Positions 38,944 to 47,034 of a stretch of 64,000 bases of DNA are shown piece by piece. Numbering within the stretch: position 1 is the stretch's first letter; every line of letters begins with the position of its first letter. The stretch spans positions 320,001 to 384,000 of the forward strand of contig CBDCYI010000004.1 in assembly GCA_965224085.1 (NCBI GenBank). Direction: 5' to 3'. Source of the DNA: Candidatus Marinacidobacterales bacterium (lineage in GTDB: Bacteria > Acidobacteriota > Vicinamibacteria > Marinacidobacterales > SMYC01). The position numbers and the translations under genes were made by a program. The notes under the pieces were generated by a model. It was not told where the DNA came from and ran no database searches. It saw only the letters and a list, made by a program, of their open reading frames with translations.

Positions 38944-40098
38944 TCACTGCCGGAGAACGTCGTCCAGCGTCTCGACGACTTGCTCTAGCTCCTCCTCGGT
39001 GATCACGAGAGGCGGCAGCAAGCGCAGCACTTTCGGGCCGGCCGTGAGCGCAAGCACACCTTGCTCCGCGAGTGCTTCAAGGTAGGGGCGGACCTTTTGC
39101 TTCAGGGCAACGCCTGCCATGAGCCCTCGACCGCGTACGTCGAGGATCGTCTCCGAATCGATCGCACTGAGTCGCTCTTGCAGATGGCGACCTTTCTCGG
39201 CCACCGATTCCAGAAAGCCTTCGCTCTCGAGCTCGTCAAAGACCGTATTGGCGACGGCGCAGGCGAGCGGGTTGCCGCCAAAAGTCGAGCCGTGCATGCC
39301 GACATCGACCCGAACTTTGTCGTTCACGACGGTCGCGCCCATGGGGAAGCCGCCCGCGATCCCTTTGGCGAGACACAAGATGTCGGGCGAGAGTCCGTAG
39401 CGCGAGCAGGCAAACCAGTCACCCGTGCGCCCGAAGCCGGTTTGCACTTCGTCGATCACGAACAGAACACCCCGTTCGCGGCAAAGCTCTTGCGCTCGCC
39501 ATATGAAAGTCGGCTCGGCGACGTGCACCCCGCCTTCGCCCTGCACGAGCTCGAGCAGTAGCATCGAAACGTCGTCCTCGAGCGCGTCCTCGAGGGCGGC
39601 GGTGTCATTGAAAGCGATGAAGCGCGTACCCGGGACCACCGGTGCATAGAGTTCGTGATGCTTGGGGTTGAAGCTCGCGCTCATCGCGCCGAAAGTTCTT
39701 CCATGAAACCCGCGCTTCGTCGCCACGATGCCTGGCCGTCCCGTGCTCGCGCGTGCGAACTTGATGGCGGCCTCGACCGCTTCGGTTCCAGAGTTGCAGA
39801 GAAAGACCCGGTCGAGCCCGTTTGGACAGCGTTCGGCGAGGCGCTCGATGAGTTTCTCTTTGCCGGGATGATAAAACGAGCCGGGGCAGCTCGTGAGCGC
39901 GCGTGCTTGCCGCTCGAGCGCCCCCGCGACACGAGGATGCGCGTGGCCGAGAATCGCCGCGCCGTGCGCGCTCATACAATCGACATATTCGCGGCCCTTG
40001 TCGTCCCAAAGGCGGGCGCCGCGTCCGCGGACGAGGGTGATGCCGCGTTTCCCATAGACGTCGAGCTCGTGGCTCGTGCGGGTGGCGGTTGGGCTCAT
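38944..40098 (-). CDS. lysJ: [LysW]-semialdehyde aminotransferase (class III PLP)
   Basis: NSGTEAVEAA, FHGRT, QGEGG, DEVQTG, AKGIAGG, HGSTFGGNP; LysW operon context. Confidence 0.88.
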   Translation of the reverse strand: MSPTATRTSHELDVYGKRGITLVRGRGARLWDDKGREYVDCMSAHGAAILGHAHPRVAGALERQARALTSCPGSFYHPGKEKLIERLAERCPNGLDRVFLCNSGTEAVEAAIKFARASTGRPGIVATKRGFHGRTFGAMSASFNPKHHELYAPVVPGTRFIAFNDTAALEDALEDDVSMLLLELVQGEGGVHVAEPTFIWRAQELCRERGVLFVIDEVQTGFGRTGDWFACSRYGLSPDILCLAKGIAGGFPMGATVVNDKVRVDVGMHGSTFGGNPLACAVANTVFDELESEGFLESVAEKGRHLQERLSAIDSETILDVRGRGLMAGVALKQKVRPYLEALAEQGVLALTAGPKVLRLLPPLVITEEELEQVVETLDDVLRQ

Positions 40099-40892
40099 CG
40101 GATCACCGTTCCTTTGCCGGAAAGCGTCTCGCGGACCGGGTGCTCGACGCGGCCGTCTCCGATGAAAACAGCTTCGCATCCACTCGACGCCATGGCCGAA
40201 AGCGCCATGAGCTTCCGCCCAAAGCGCCCTCCCGAACTCTCTTGCCACCCTTTGAGCGCGCTGAAGCTCATTTCGTTCACGAGGCTTTGGGGCTCAGTCG
40301 CATCGCGAAGGAGCCCGCGTGCTTCGATGAGCTGCACGACGCGCTTCGCGTAAAGGCTCTTTTGCAAAAGAGCGACGACGGAGTCGTTCTCCGTATTTAT
40401 CGCGTGTCCGTCCTCGTCGAGAATGGGCACCGTCACAACGGGCGTGTAGCCAGCGCTGAGAAGAAGCCCGATGAGCTCGGTGTTGATGACTTTGGGCTTC
40501 CCCGACGCGTCGCGGACGAGGCGCTTACGTCCGTCTTCGATGATCCGGATCCCGCGGTTGCGCCGGCCGCGCACGAGTGCACCGTCGATCCCGCTCAAGC
40601 CGATCGCGTTCACACCGTGTTGCTGGCAAAGACTCACGAAGCGTTTGTTGACGAGCCCGGCATAAGCCATCGTCAGGACGTCGAGCGCGGCCTCGTCGGT
40701 CAGAACACTCTCGACGCCCGAGGCGGACGTGATGGTGCGCGTCGGGCTTCCGAGTCGCGCGGCCAAGTCGTCCCGCGCCGCGTTCGCCCCGTGCACGACG
40801 ACGTACGGGGCCTCGAGCTCACTCAGATCGGAAGCGATACCGGCTAGGTTGATGGTGGCCCCGCCGCCGACCTTCACGATGGTCGCGTCCAT
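40095..40892 (-). CDS. lysZ: [LysW]-aminoadipate/glutamate kinase
   Basis: VKVGG, VVHGA, TSASGVES..TD, GLSGIDG. Confidence 0.9.
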   Translation of the reverse strand: MDATIVKVGGGATINLAGIASDLSELEAPYVVVHGANAARDDLAARLGSPTRTITSASGVESVLTDEAALDVLTMAYAGLVNKRFVSLCQQHGVNAIGLSGIDGALVRGRRNRGIRIIEDGRKRLVRDASGKPKVINTELIGLLLSAGYTPVVTVPILDEDGHAINTENDSVVALLQKSLYAKRVVQLIEARGLLRDATEPQSLVNEMSFSALKGWQESSGGRFGRKLMALSAMASSGCEAVFIGDGRVEHPVRETLSGKGTVIR

Positions 40893-41527
40893 CAGAGGGT
40901 CACCGTCTGCCCGTTCTGCATGGGTTGGTAGTTCTCGTCGAGCGGCTCGGAGCACACCGCGCGGACCGCGTCGTTTCGATAGTGGAGGGTGAAATAGTCT
41001 GGCGACTCGCTGAACCGGCAGCGCGCGTAGATCCGATCGTGGTCCGCGACCGCGACGTTCAACGCGCGGACGTAGTCGCTTTTCGAAAAAAGCAACCGTT
41101 CCGTGGCCGCGATTGCGCGGGACAGGTCGCCGTCATGATGATTCGCGGCGCGATCGATGAGGTGAAACACTTTCTCCGCTCCGATACGTCCGGGGACGCG
41201 AAGCCGAACGCCGCGGAGCTCTCCGTTGAAGACGAAGGCTCGCTCGTCTCGATAAAACGGCATGTTGTTCTCGATCGCGATCCCGGTATCTTTGAAAGCG
41301 CTGCGGGCATGTACGATGAGAAAGCCGACGTCATTGGGTATCTGGAACCTGTCGTCCCAGATTGGCGTCAAGCTCTTATGGCGAGACCAGATCCCCGCCG
41401 CCCGCCACGCCGCGCCCCACCCATGTCCTTGATACTCGACGCTCTCGCGGCACTTCCGGCGAAACGTTGCGAGAACCTCGGCGGTCTCGAAGGGCGCGTC
41501 CGAGCGCATCATCAAAAAGCGGCACAT
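40892..41527 (-). CDS. Class II glutamine amidotransferase-like Ntn hydrolase (EgtC/YafJ/Dug3 family)
   Basis: N-terminal MCR (Cys nucleophile), GHGWG, HARSA, ENNMPF, FNG, SEPLD; stop overlaps the lysZ start. Confidence 0.85.
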   Translation of the reverse strand: MCRFLMMRSDAPFETAEVLATFRRKCRESVEYQGHGWGAAWRAAGIWSRHKSLTPIWDDRFQIPNDVGFLIVHARSAFKDTGIAIENNMPFYRDERAFVFNGELRGVRLRVPGRIGAEKVFHLIDRAANHHDGDLSRAIAATERLLFSKSDYVRALNVAVADHDRIYARCRFSESPDYFTLHYRNDAVRAVCSEPLDENYQPMQNGQTVTL

Positions 41528-41532
41528 TGTCC

Positions 41533-41559
41533 CAAGGGTCTCAAGGGTCTCAAGGGACT
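41533..41559. repeat. 9-bp tandem repeat CAAGGG(T/A)CT x3
   Basis: CAAGGGTCT CAAGGGTCT CAAGGGACT in the gap between lysY and the Ntn hydrolase gene. Confidence 0.85.
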
Positions 41560-41566
41560 AAGTTGC

Positions 41567-42607
41567 TCAAAGAGGATGGAGCCCCGGAAAGGACAGTCCC
41601 GTCGTCTCGTCGAGCCCGAGCATCAAGTTCATGCATTGCACCGCTTGCCCGGCGGAGCCTTTCATGAGGTTGTCGACGGCGCTGATCAAGACGACACGTG
41701 AGCTATCGGGGTCGCGCTCAAAGCCGACATCGCAGAAGTTCGTTCCCGCGAGAAGCTTGGGGTCGGGATAGCGGTAGCTTCCCTGACGCTCTTTGATCAA
41801 GCGCATGAAGGGCTCGTCACGATAAGCGGCGCGGAAAACGCCCCAGAGCTCGCGCTCGCTCATCTCGCGATTGAGGAAGACATGGCTCGTCGCGACGGCG
41901 CCGCGCACCATCTCGACGGAGGTCACCGTGAGATGCACGTCGATGGGGACGCCGTTCTCGAGGGATTGCACGATCTCAGCGGTGTGGCGGTGTCCCGTGG
42001 GCGCGAAGGCGCGGACGGAGCCGCTGCGCTCAGGGTGATGGCTCGTGCTCGTCGCGCGGCGTCCCGCTTCGCTCGAGCCCGCTTTGACTTCGATGACGGT
42101 ACGGTCGAGCTCGACCAGATTCTCGCGATAGAGCGGGTAGAGGCCGAGGATAGAAGCCGTAGCGTTACAGCCGCCGCAGGCGACCCGCCGCGCGTCGCGG
42201 ATTTTGTCGCGATGGATCTCGGGGATGCCATAGACGAACTCGCCGAGCTCCTGCGGTCTAGGGTGGTCTCGCCCGTAATATTTTGCGTAGAGAGACGACT
42301 TCTGCAGTCTAAAATCGGCGCTCGAGTCGATGATGCGCTCGCTGAGCGACGAGAACTGCTCCCAGCGCTCGACCGCTTCGCCGTGAGGCAAGCAGAGAAA
42401 GAGAACGTCGCAAGGCTCGAGGCTCGCGAGCGAAGAGAATTGAAGCGACGTAACACCACGCAGATTCGGGTGCGCCCGGCCCACGTTCTTGCCCGCGAGC
42501 CGCTCGGAGGTAACTTGGACGAGCTCGATTTCGGGATGAGCGAGAAGAAGCCGAACAAGCTCGCCGCCCGCATAGCCCGAGGCACCGACGATGCTCGCGC
42601 GAATCAC
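41567..42607 (-). CDS. lysY: [LysW]-phosphate reductase (ArgC homolog)
   Basis: [48 protein letters not shown]. Confidence 0.92.
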   Translation of the reverse strand: MIRASIVGASGYAGGELVRLLLAHPEIELVQVTSERLAGKNVGRAHPNLRGVTSLQFSSLASLEPCDVLFLCLPHGEAVERWEQFSSLSERIIDSSADFRLQKSSLYAKYYGRDHPRPQELGEFVYGIPEIHRDKIRDARRVACGGCNATASILGLYPLYRENLVELDRTVIEVKAGSSEAGRRATSTSHHPERSGSVRAFAPTGHRHTAEIVQSLENGVPIDVHLTVTSVEMVRGAVATSHVFLNREMSERELWGVFRAAYRDEPFMRLIKERQGSYRYPDPKLLAGTNFCDVGFERDPDSSRVVLISAVDNLMKGSAGQAVQCMNLMLGLDETTGLSFPGLHPL

Positions 42608-43500
42608 GCCGCTCTTCTTTTCTGCAGCTCTTCGACCACGTGCTCGGCCATCGCGAGAGGGATGTCGACCCCGGTTATCTCGATACTGTTTTTGAACTCC
42701 ATCGTGTCGTTTACTTCGTTCACGAGATAGCCGCCGCCGTTGGCGTCGGCGTCGGCGTCCTCAGTCTCGAAAAGATCGATGGCGAGCATACCGCCGCCGA
42801 CAGCGCGCGCAGCTTGGAGCGAGATCGAGGCGAGCTCATCGGAAACTGGACAGTTCGACGCGACCGCGCCGCGCGCGGTGTTCGTGCGCCAATGCGCGCT
42901 CGTTCGCGCGATGGCTGCAATGCAGCGCCCACCCACGACGAAGCTTCGAATGTCGCGGCCACCTTTATCGACGTAGCGCTGCAAGTAATAGATCTGATGT
43001 TGGTAGTTCCCGAGCGCCGCTTTATGCTCGAGCAAGCTCTCCGCTGCATCGGCGTCGTCGGCGCGCGCGATGAGCCGGCCCCACGATCCTATGACCGGCT
43101 TCATCACGACCGGGTAACCCATCGCCTTCGTCGCTTCGAGAGCAGAGTCTTCAGTGAACGCTACCCGCAAATCGGGGTGCGGGACCCCGGCCTCGAGAAG
43201 TGCTAACGACATGCGGAGCTTGTCACCGCAAAGCGCCGCCACCGCCGCTTCGTTGAAGCAGCGAAGGCCGCGTGATTCGAAGAGATAGCGCGCATAGAGC
43301 CCACGCGAGAAACTTACGCTACGCGCCAGCACCGCGTCGTAGGGAAGAGGCGGCGCCGTGCCACCCGGGTCGAACCCGAGCTTGCGATCGTCCAGACAGG
43401 CGACTTCGACGCCGCCGAGGCGGTTGAACGCGTCGAGCAGGAGCTTCTCCTCACGGCGTATCACCGAGTGGAGAAGTGCTACGCGGAGCTGACTACTCAC
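42604..43500 (-). CDS. lysX: LysW-amino acid ligase (RimK-family ATP-grasp)
   Basis: [41 protein letters not shown]. Confidence 0.93.
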   Translation of the reverse strand: MSSQLRVALLHSVIRREEKLLLDAFNRLGGVEVACLDDRKLGFDPGGTAPPLPYDAVLARSVSFSRGLYARYLFESRGLRCFNEAAVAALCGDKLRMSLALLEAGVPHPDLRVAFTEDSALEATKAMGYPVVMKPVIGSWGRLIARADDADAAESLLEHKAALGNYQHQIYYLQRYVDKGGRDIRSFVVGGRCIAAIARTSAHWRTNTARGAVASNCPVSDELASISLQAARAVGGGMLAIDLFETEDADADANGGGYLVNEVNDTMEFKNSIEITGVDIPLAMAEHVVEELQKRRAA

Positions 43501-43657
43501 CCCAGTCTTCCGCCTCGAGCGGTGCTTCTACGAACCGTACCGGCTGAAGAGAAATCACTTCGAGCTCCGAGCTGCATTCACCGCAGTCCAAGAGCTCGCT
43601 GAGCACGGCATTGGTCGGCAAATGGACGCCGCCGCCACAGACAGGACAAGCGTTCAT
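43493..43657 (-). CDS. lysW: Amino-group carrier protein LysW (54 aa; below the ORF-track cutoff)
   Basis: Manual translation [54 protein letters not shown]: two CxxC motifs and C-terminal EDWGE; RBS GGAGGAGG. Confidence 0.96.
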   Translation of the reverse strand: MNACPVCGGGVHLPTNAVLSELLDCGECSSELEVISLQPVRFVEAPLEAEDWGE

Positions 43658-43740
43658 GATGGAACCTCCTCCACTGAGTCGCTAGTGGGTCAAATTGAAG
43701 AGTAGGGCTCCTCCCAAGATCCACCAAAGAAATCCGAAAT

Positions 43741-43777
43741 TTTGTTACAAGAATAGAATTATTGTTATATTTATAAC
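43741..43777. promoter_or_regulatory. Divergent promoter/operator region
   Basis: AT-rich. Palindrome GTTATA-TT-TATAAC at 43764-43777; TTGTTA repeated at 43742 and 43762; extended -10 TGnTATATT lies 6 nt before GTG 43778. Confidence 0.55.
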
Positions 43778-44431
43778 GTGAAAACGATCTCGGAAGCTGT
43801 GGAGACGTTGATCGAAGGCCATCCGGGACTTCGATTCGGGTTCCACCATCGCCTGCTCAACTTGAGCCAGCTCGCGCGCTTCTTGCGGCCGAGCATCGAG
43901 GCGCAGACGCACAAGGAAGTCACGGAGTCCGCGGTGCTGATGAACCTATCGCGGCTCTCGCGGCGCGCCGCGCCGGCGCCCGGCTCCCATGAAGACGAGC
44001 TCGTTCTCGACAAGGTCAGCGTCCAATCGGGTTTGTGCTCGGCGACCCTTTTCAAAACACCGGAGAGCCATCGTGAGCTGAACCGCGTCTTCCAGCGCAT
44101 CCAATCCAAAAACGGCTTCGTCACCGTCACCGAAGGCATTCGCGAGATTACGATGATCGTCGAGGCCGAGAATCTCGAGCTTCTTCTCGGAGCACTCAGT
44201 GCCGCGCCACGTATCGTGCATCGGAACCTCGCTTCGGTCGGTATGACCTTCGACACGCGCTATTTGAAAGTAAAAGGCATTCTCCATCAGCTTCTGGAGG
44301 AGGTCGCGCTGCAAAACATCAACGTCATCGAAGTGACGTCGACCGCCACCGAGTTCTCTGTCTTCCTAGAGCAGGCCGACGTGCAGCTGGCCTTCGACGC
44401 TATCTTCAACCGCTTCGGCCGACGCGGCTGA
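43778..44431 (+). CDS. ACT-domain protein with N-terminal helical domain (probable regulator)
   Basis: LLNLSQLARFL N-terminus; aspartokinase-like ACT repeats (GIREITMIV; GIL..LLEEVALQNINVIEVTST.TEFSVF); no kinase domain. Confidence 0.78.
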   Translation: MKTISEAVETLIEGHPGLRFGFHHRLLNLSQLARFLRPSIEAQTHKEVTESAVLMNLSRLSRRAAPAPGSHEDELVLDKVSVQSGLCSATLFKTPESHRELNRVFQRIQSKNGFVTVTEGIREITMIVEAENLELLLGALSAAPRIVHRNLASVGMTFDTRYLKVKGILHQLLEEVALQNINVIEVTSTATEFSVFLEQADVQLAFDAIFNRFGRRG

Positions 44432-44494
44432 CGTCGAGGACGCACACTTTCGGAAAAACGGATGCTATTCTGTTGATATTCCGTGCGATACCCT

Positions 44495-45126
44495 ATGACC
44501 GCCGAGTCCTAGCTCCGAGAGATGTGGGAGCGTATACGCTTCTCCGCCCTCGAGATCCCCGATGACGTGAACGTCATCGAGCTCGGTGCGCGCGCCCTTC
44601 TCTGGGCGGGCTTGATCCTGCTCGGTTGGAGCTATGTTGCCTTGCCGCTCATGCGCTCACAGGTGTCTCCGAGCTTCGTGCACTTTCTGCTCGCGCGGAT
44701 CGATCTCGTTTTTTACGAGGCCGGACACATTCTCTTTCTACCCTTCGGAAGATTCTTGAGTGTGCTTGGCGGTTCCCTCCTTCAGATTCTCATCCCGCTC
44801 GTCTGCACCTACACATTCCTTCTGCGCCACCAAAACTCCTTTGGCGCTTCCGTCACTCTCTGGTGGACCGGGCAAAGCTTCATCGAGCTCGCGCCTTACG
44901 TTGCTGATGCAAGCTCGCAAGGACTTCTCCTTCTTGGAGGCGTGACGGGGCAAGACGCCCCCGGCGCGCACGATTGGAACAATCTCTTGAGCTGGACGGG
45001 CCTCCTCCGCTACGACCGCACGCTCGGTGTGGCGACCCATATGTGGGCGCTAGTTTGATCGTCCTCGCGCTCGTCTGGGGCGGTTACCTTTTGTGGAATC
45101 AGTACGAGTTCGTGCGCGACGCGTGA
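44495..45126 (+). pseudogene. Membrane M50-like metallopeptidase, degraded
   Basis: In-frame TAG at 44510; YEAGH in place of HEAGH; GGSLLQ and HDW motifs; -1 frameshift at about 45040. Confidence 0.7.
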
Positions 45127-45147
45127 GGCTTGTTCTTAAGGAACAAA

Positions 45148-45163
45148 TGGCATCGGGTTTGCA
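45148..45163 (+). promoter_or_regulatory. Sigma54 (-24/-12) promoter
   Basis: TGGCATCGGGTTTGCA has canonical GG-N10-GC spacing; inverted repeat TTGTTC-TTAAG-GAACAA abuts it at 45130-45146. Confidence 0.7.
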
Positions 45164-45173
45164 GGAAGAGTCA

Positions 45174-45313
45174 ATAACCTGCTTTCATGGGTCGCCGGTG
45201 TTCCGGTACGAAACAAAACGATTCACGGGTTGTTTCGATTTGGGCCGGTAGTTTGGGCGGGGCTGGGACTAGGGTCTTCGGACTTTCGGTTGGGGGAACC
45301 AGCCCCGCCCTTT
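45174..45313 (+). ncRNA. Candidate sigma54-dependent small RNA
   Basis: Lies between the sigma54 promoter and a 12-bp stem GGGCGGGGCTGG/CCAGCCCCGCCC followed by TTT; internal stem CGAAACAA/TTGTTTCG; no convincing ORF. Confidence 0.5.
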
Positions 45314-45319
45314 AACTAT

Positions 45320-45750
45320 TTACGAGGCCGCGCCGTGAGACAGTTGCCGGCGCTTCGTGGCCCATCGCGCAAGCCAGGCAAGGCCAAACGCGATCTCGCC
45401 CAAGACGGTACCCATCCCTCCCCCGAACAACGCTGCCTGAAGGTGAGCCAGCAGGTGATCGCCAAGCTCGCCGCGAAAGTGTGCCGGATCGGTATAGTAA
45501 GTTGGAACACCCAGTCCGGAGCTAAGCGATAGAAAGAGCGACAGCACCGCGGTGTAGACGATCGCGAGGCCGAAAGCCGTCGCGGGAACGTCGCCGAGCG
45601 TGCCGCCTCTCCACCCGAAATAAGCCGTATAGCCGACCAAGCGCGACGAGCAGCACGATGGTGAGGCTCACCAGCTTGCCGCCGGTCTCGATGGGAATCC
45701 CTATCGGCGTCATGAAGAAGCGGAGCAGACCGACCACGAAAAGTGCCACG
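45320..45750 (-). pseudogene. Membrane protein fragment with frameshift
   Basis: Hydrophobic ORFs 45522-45749 and 45320-45640 join by a frameshift at about 45640. Confidence 0.55.
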
Positions 45751-45760
45751 AAACCCTACC

Positions 45761-45950
45761 TTCGAACTCCGAAAGCGGTATGCACACGAGATGTTCTTTG
45801 TCGCGGGTATGGAGCGCGCTTTAGACACCCGCGCTCTGGATCCAGTCGATCGTGTCGACGTGCACGAAGTAGATCCGTGTCTGCGATTTTACCGGAAGCT
45901 TGTCGACGTAAGCATCGTTCAAGGTCGTTCGAAAAGCGAGCAGGCGTTCG
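45761..45950 (-). pseudogene. LytTR-domain fragment
   Basis: DKLPVKSQTRIYFVHVDTIDWIQSAGV*SALHTRDKEHLVCIPLSEFE; the stop replaces the conserved Tyr. Confidence 0.7.
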
Positions 45951-45952
45951 GT

Positions 45953-46105
45953 GAGCTCTTGAGGGATGCCGTCCGGCATGTCGAGGATTTGGCCGACGAC
46001 AGACGTGGCCGCCTCGAGACGGTCGGCCACTTTGTCGAGGCCGAAGCCAGGTGCGGCGCAGATAGTGAGGACCGCGACGAACGTTCCAAGCTGTTTCAAG
46101 ACCAA
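45953..46105 (-). pseudogene. N-terminal fragment of a Ysc84/SYLF lipid-binding protein
   Basis: Signal peptide plus DRLEAATSVVGQILDMPDGIPQEL, then an abrupt switch to LytTR sequence. Confidence 0.6.
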
Positions 46106-46178
46106 GATCTTCCTCCCCGGCGAGAGGGCGCGCTACACCCAGATTGGACACGGGGTTCCGCGAACACCAAGTCCGCGG

Positions 46179-46904
46179 CTATGGCGCTTCGCCTTCGTCC
46201 GCAAGCGCGCCACCCGCGAGTCGCGCGAGCTCACCGATCACGTAGCCCACTACACAAGCCGACCAGAAAATGGCCGGAAAGATGCCGATGCATAAGGCGA
46301 TGAAACCGAACTGCGCGATGAAACTAGCCAGCAGGATGGCGAGAAGCGCCGTGAGATAGGCCGCACTATGGTTGCGGATGAAGGCGATGTTTTCCATGAC
46401 ATCGAACGCGGCGCCGAGCCTATTGGTTCGGACGAAACGTACGAACGCGGCGGGCACGTGGACGAGAATGGCGAACGAAAACACGAAGACAACGAGCCAT
46501 GCTGCCAAAAGAGCTGGAAGGCCGAAATAGAGGAACTCTTCCGGGATAGCGCGCTCACCGCCGTGGAGAAAAATGCCGCCGAAGAGCGCGAGAAAGGTGA
46601 GGAAGGTCAAAATGAATACGGGAAGCTTGTGCGCGAGCGAGATCGCGACGCCCTTCAAGCCGTCGATGAAGATTTCTCTTAGATCGTCCCACTCCGGGAG
46701 CAAAGGCGTCGCGCCGCGCATCGTGTTGCGAGCGAGTGCGACGGCATAGCCGGCGATAAACACCGTCCCGATGAGAAACGGCGAGAGTAGGGCAAACAGA
46801 GATCCGACGAGAAGCTTCTGCACCCAGTCGGGATCTTCGAAGAAAAAGGTGAGCGTCCGGGAAAGATCTAATCCTTCCGCGGTGTCGTTAGGGATGCTCG
46901 ACAT
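46179..46904 (-). CDS. DUF4013 membrane protein
   Basis: FFFEDPDWVQKLLVG, GY, LPEWDD...FIDGL, AAFD. Confidence 0.85.
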   Translation of the reverse strand: MSSIPNDTAEGLDLSRTLTFFFEDPDWVQKLLVGSLFALLSPFLIGTVFIAGYAVALARNTMRGATPLLPEWDDLREIFIDGLKGVAISLAHKLPVFILTFLTFLALFGGIFLHGGERAIPEEFLYFGLPALLAAWLVVFVFSFAILVHVPAAFVRFVRTNRLGAAFDVMENIAFIRNHSAAYLTALLAILLASFIAQFGFIALCIGIFPAIFWSACVVGYVIGELARLAGGALADEGEAP

Positions 46905-47034
46905 GACTCGTCTTTATCATGGTTATAGCAGCAAATATTCATTATAGCCAACGAGATACAGAGACCCGGACGTCGCGCGGCGATTCTGATAAAGTTAAGG
47001 GCTCTAGGGTTCGATTTCCTCCTAAGGAGCCCCG

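Noticed and set aside
42742-42759. (GGCGTC)x3 in lysX as a phase-variation tract
   Set aside because: In-frame 6-bp unit in a probable loop (DADADA); it cannot switch the frame.
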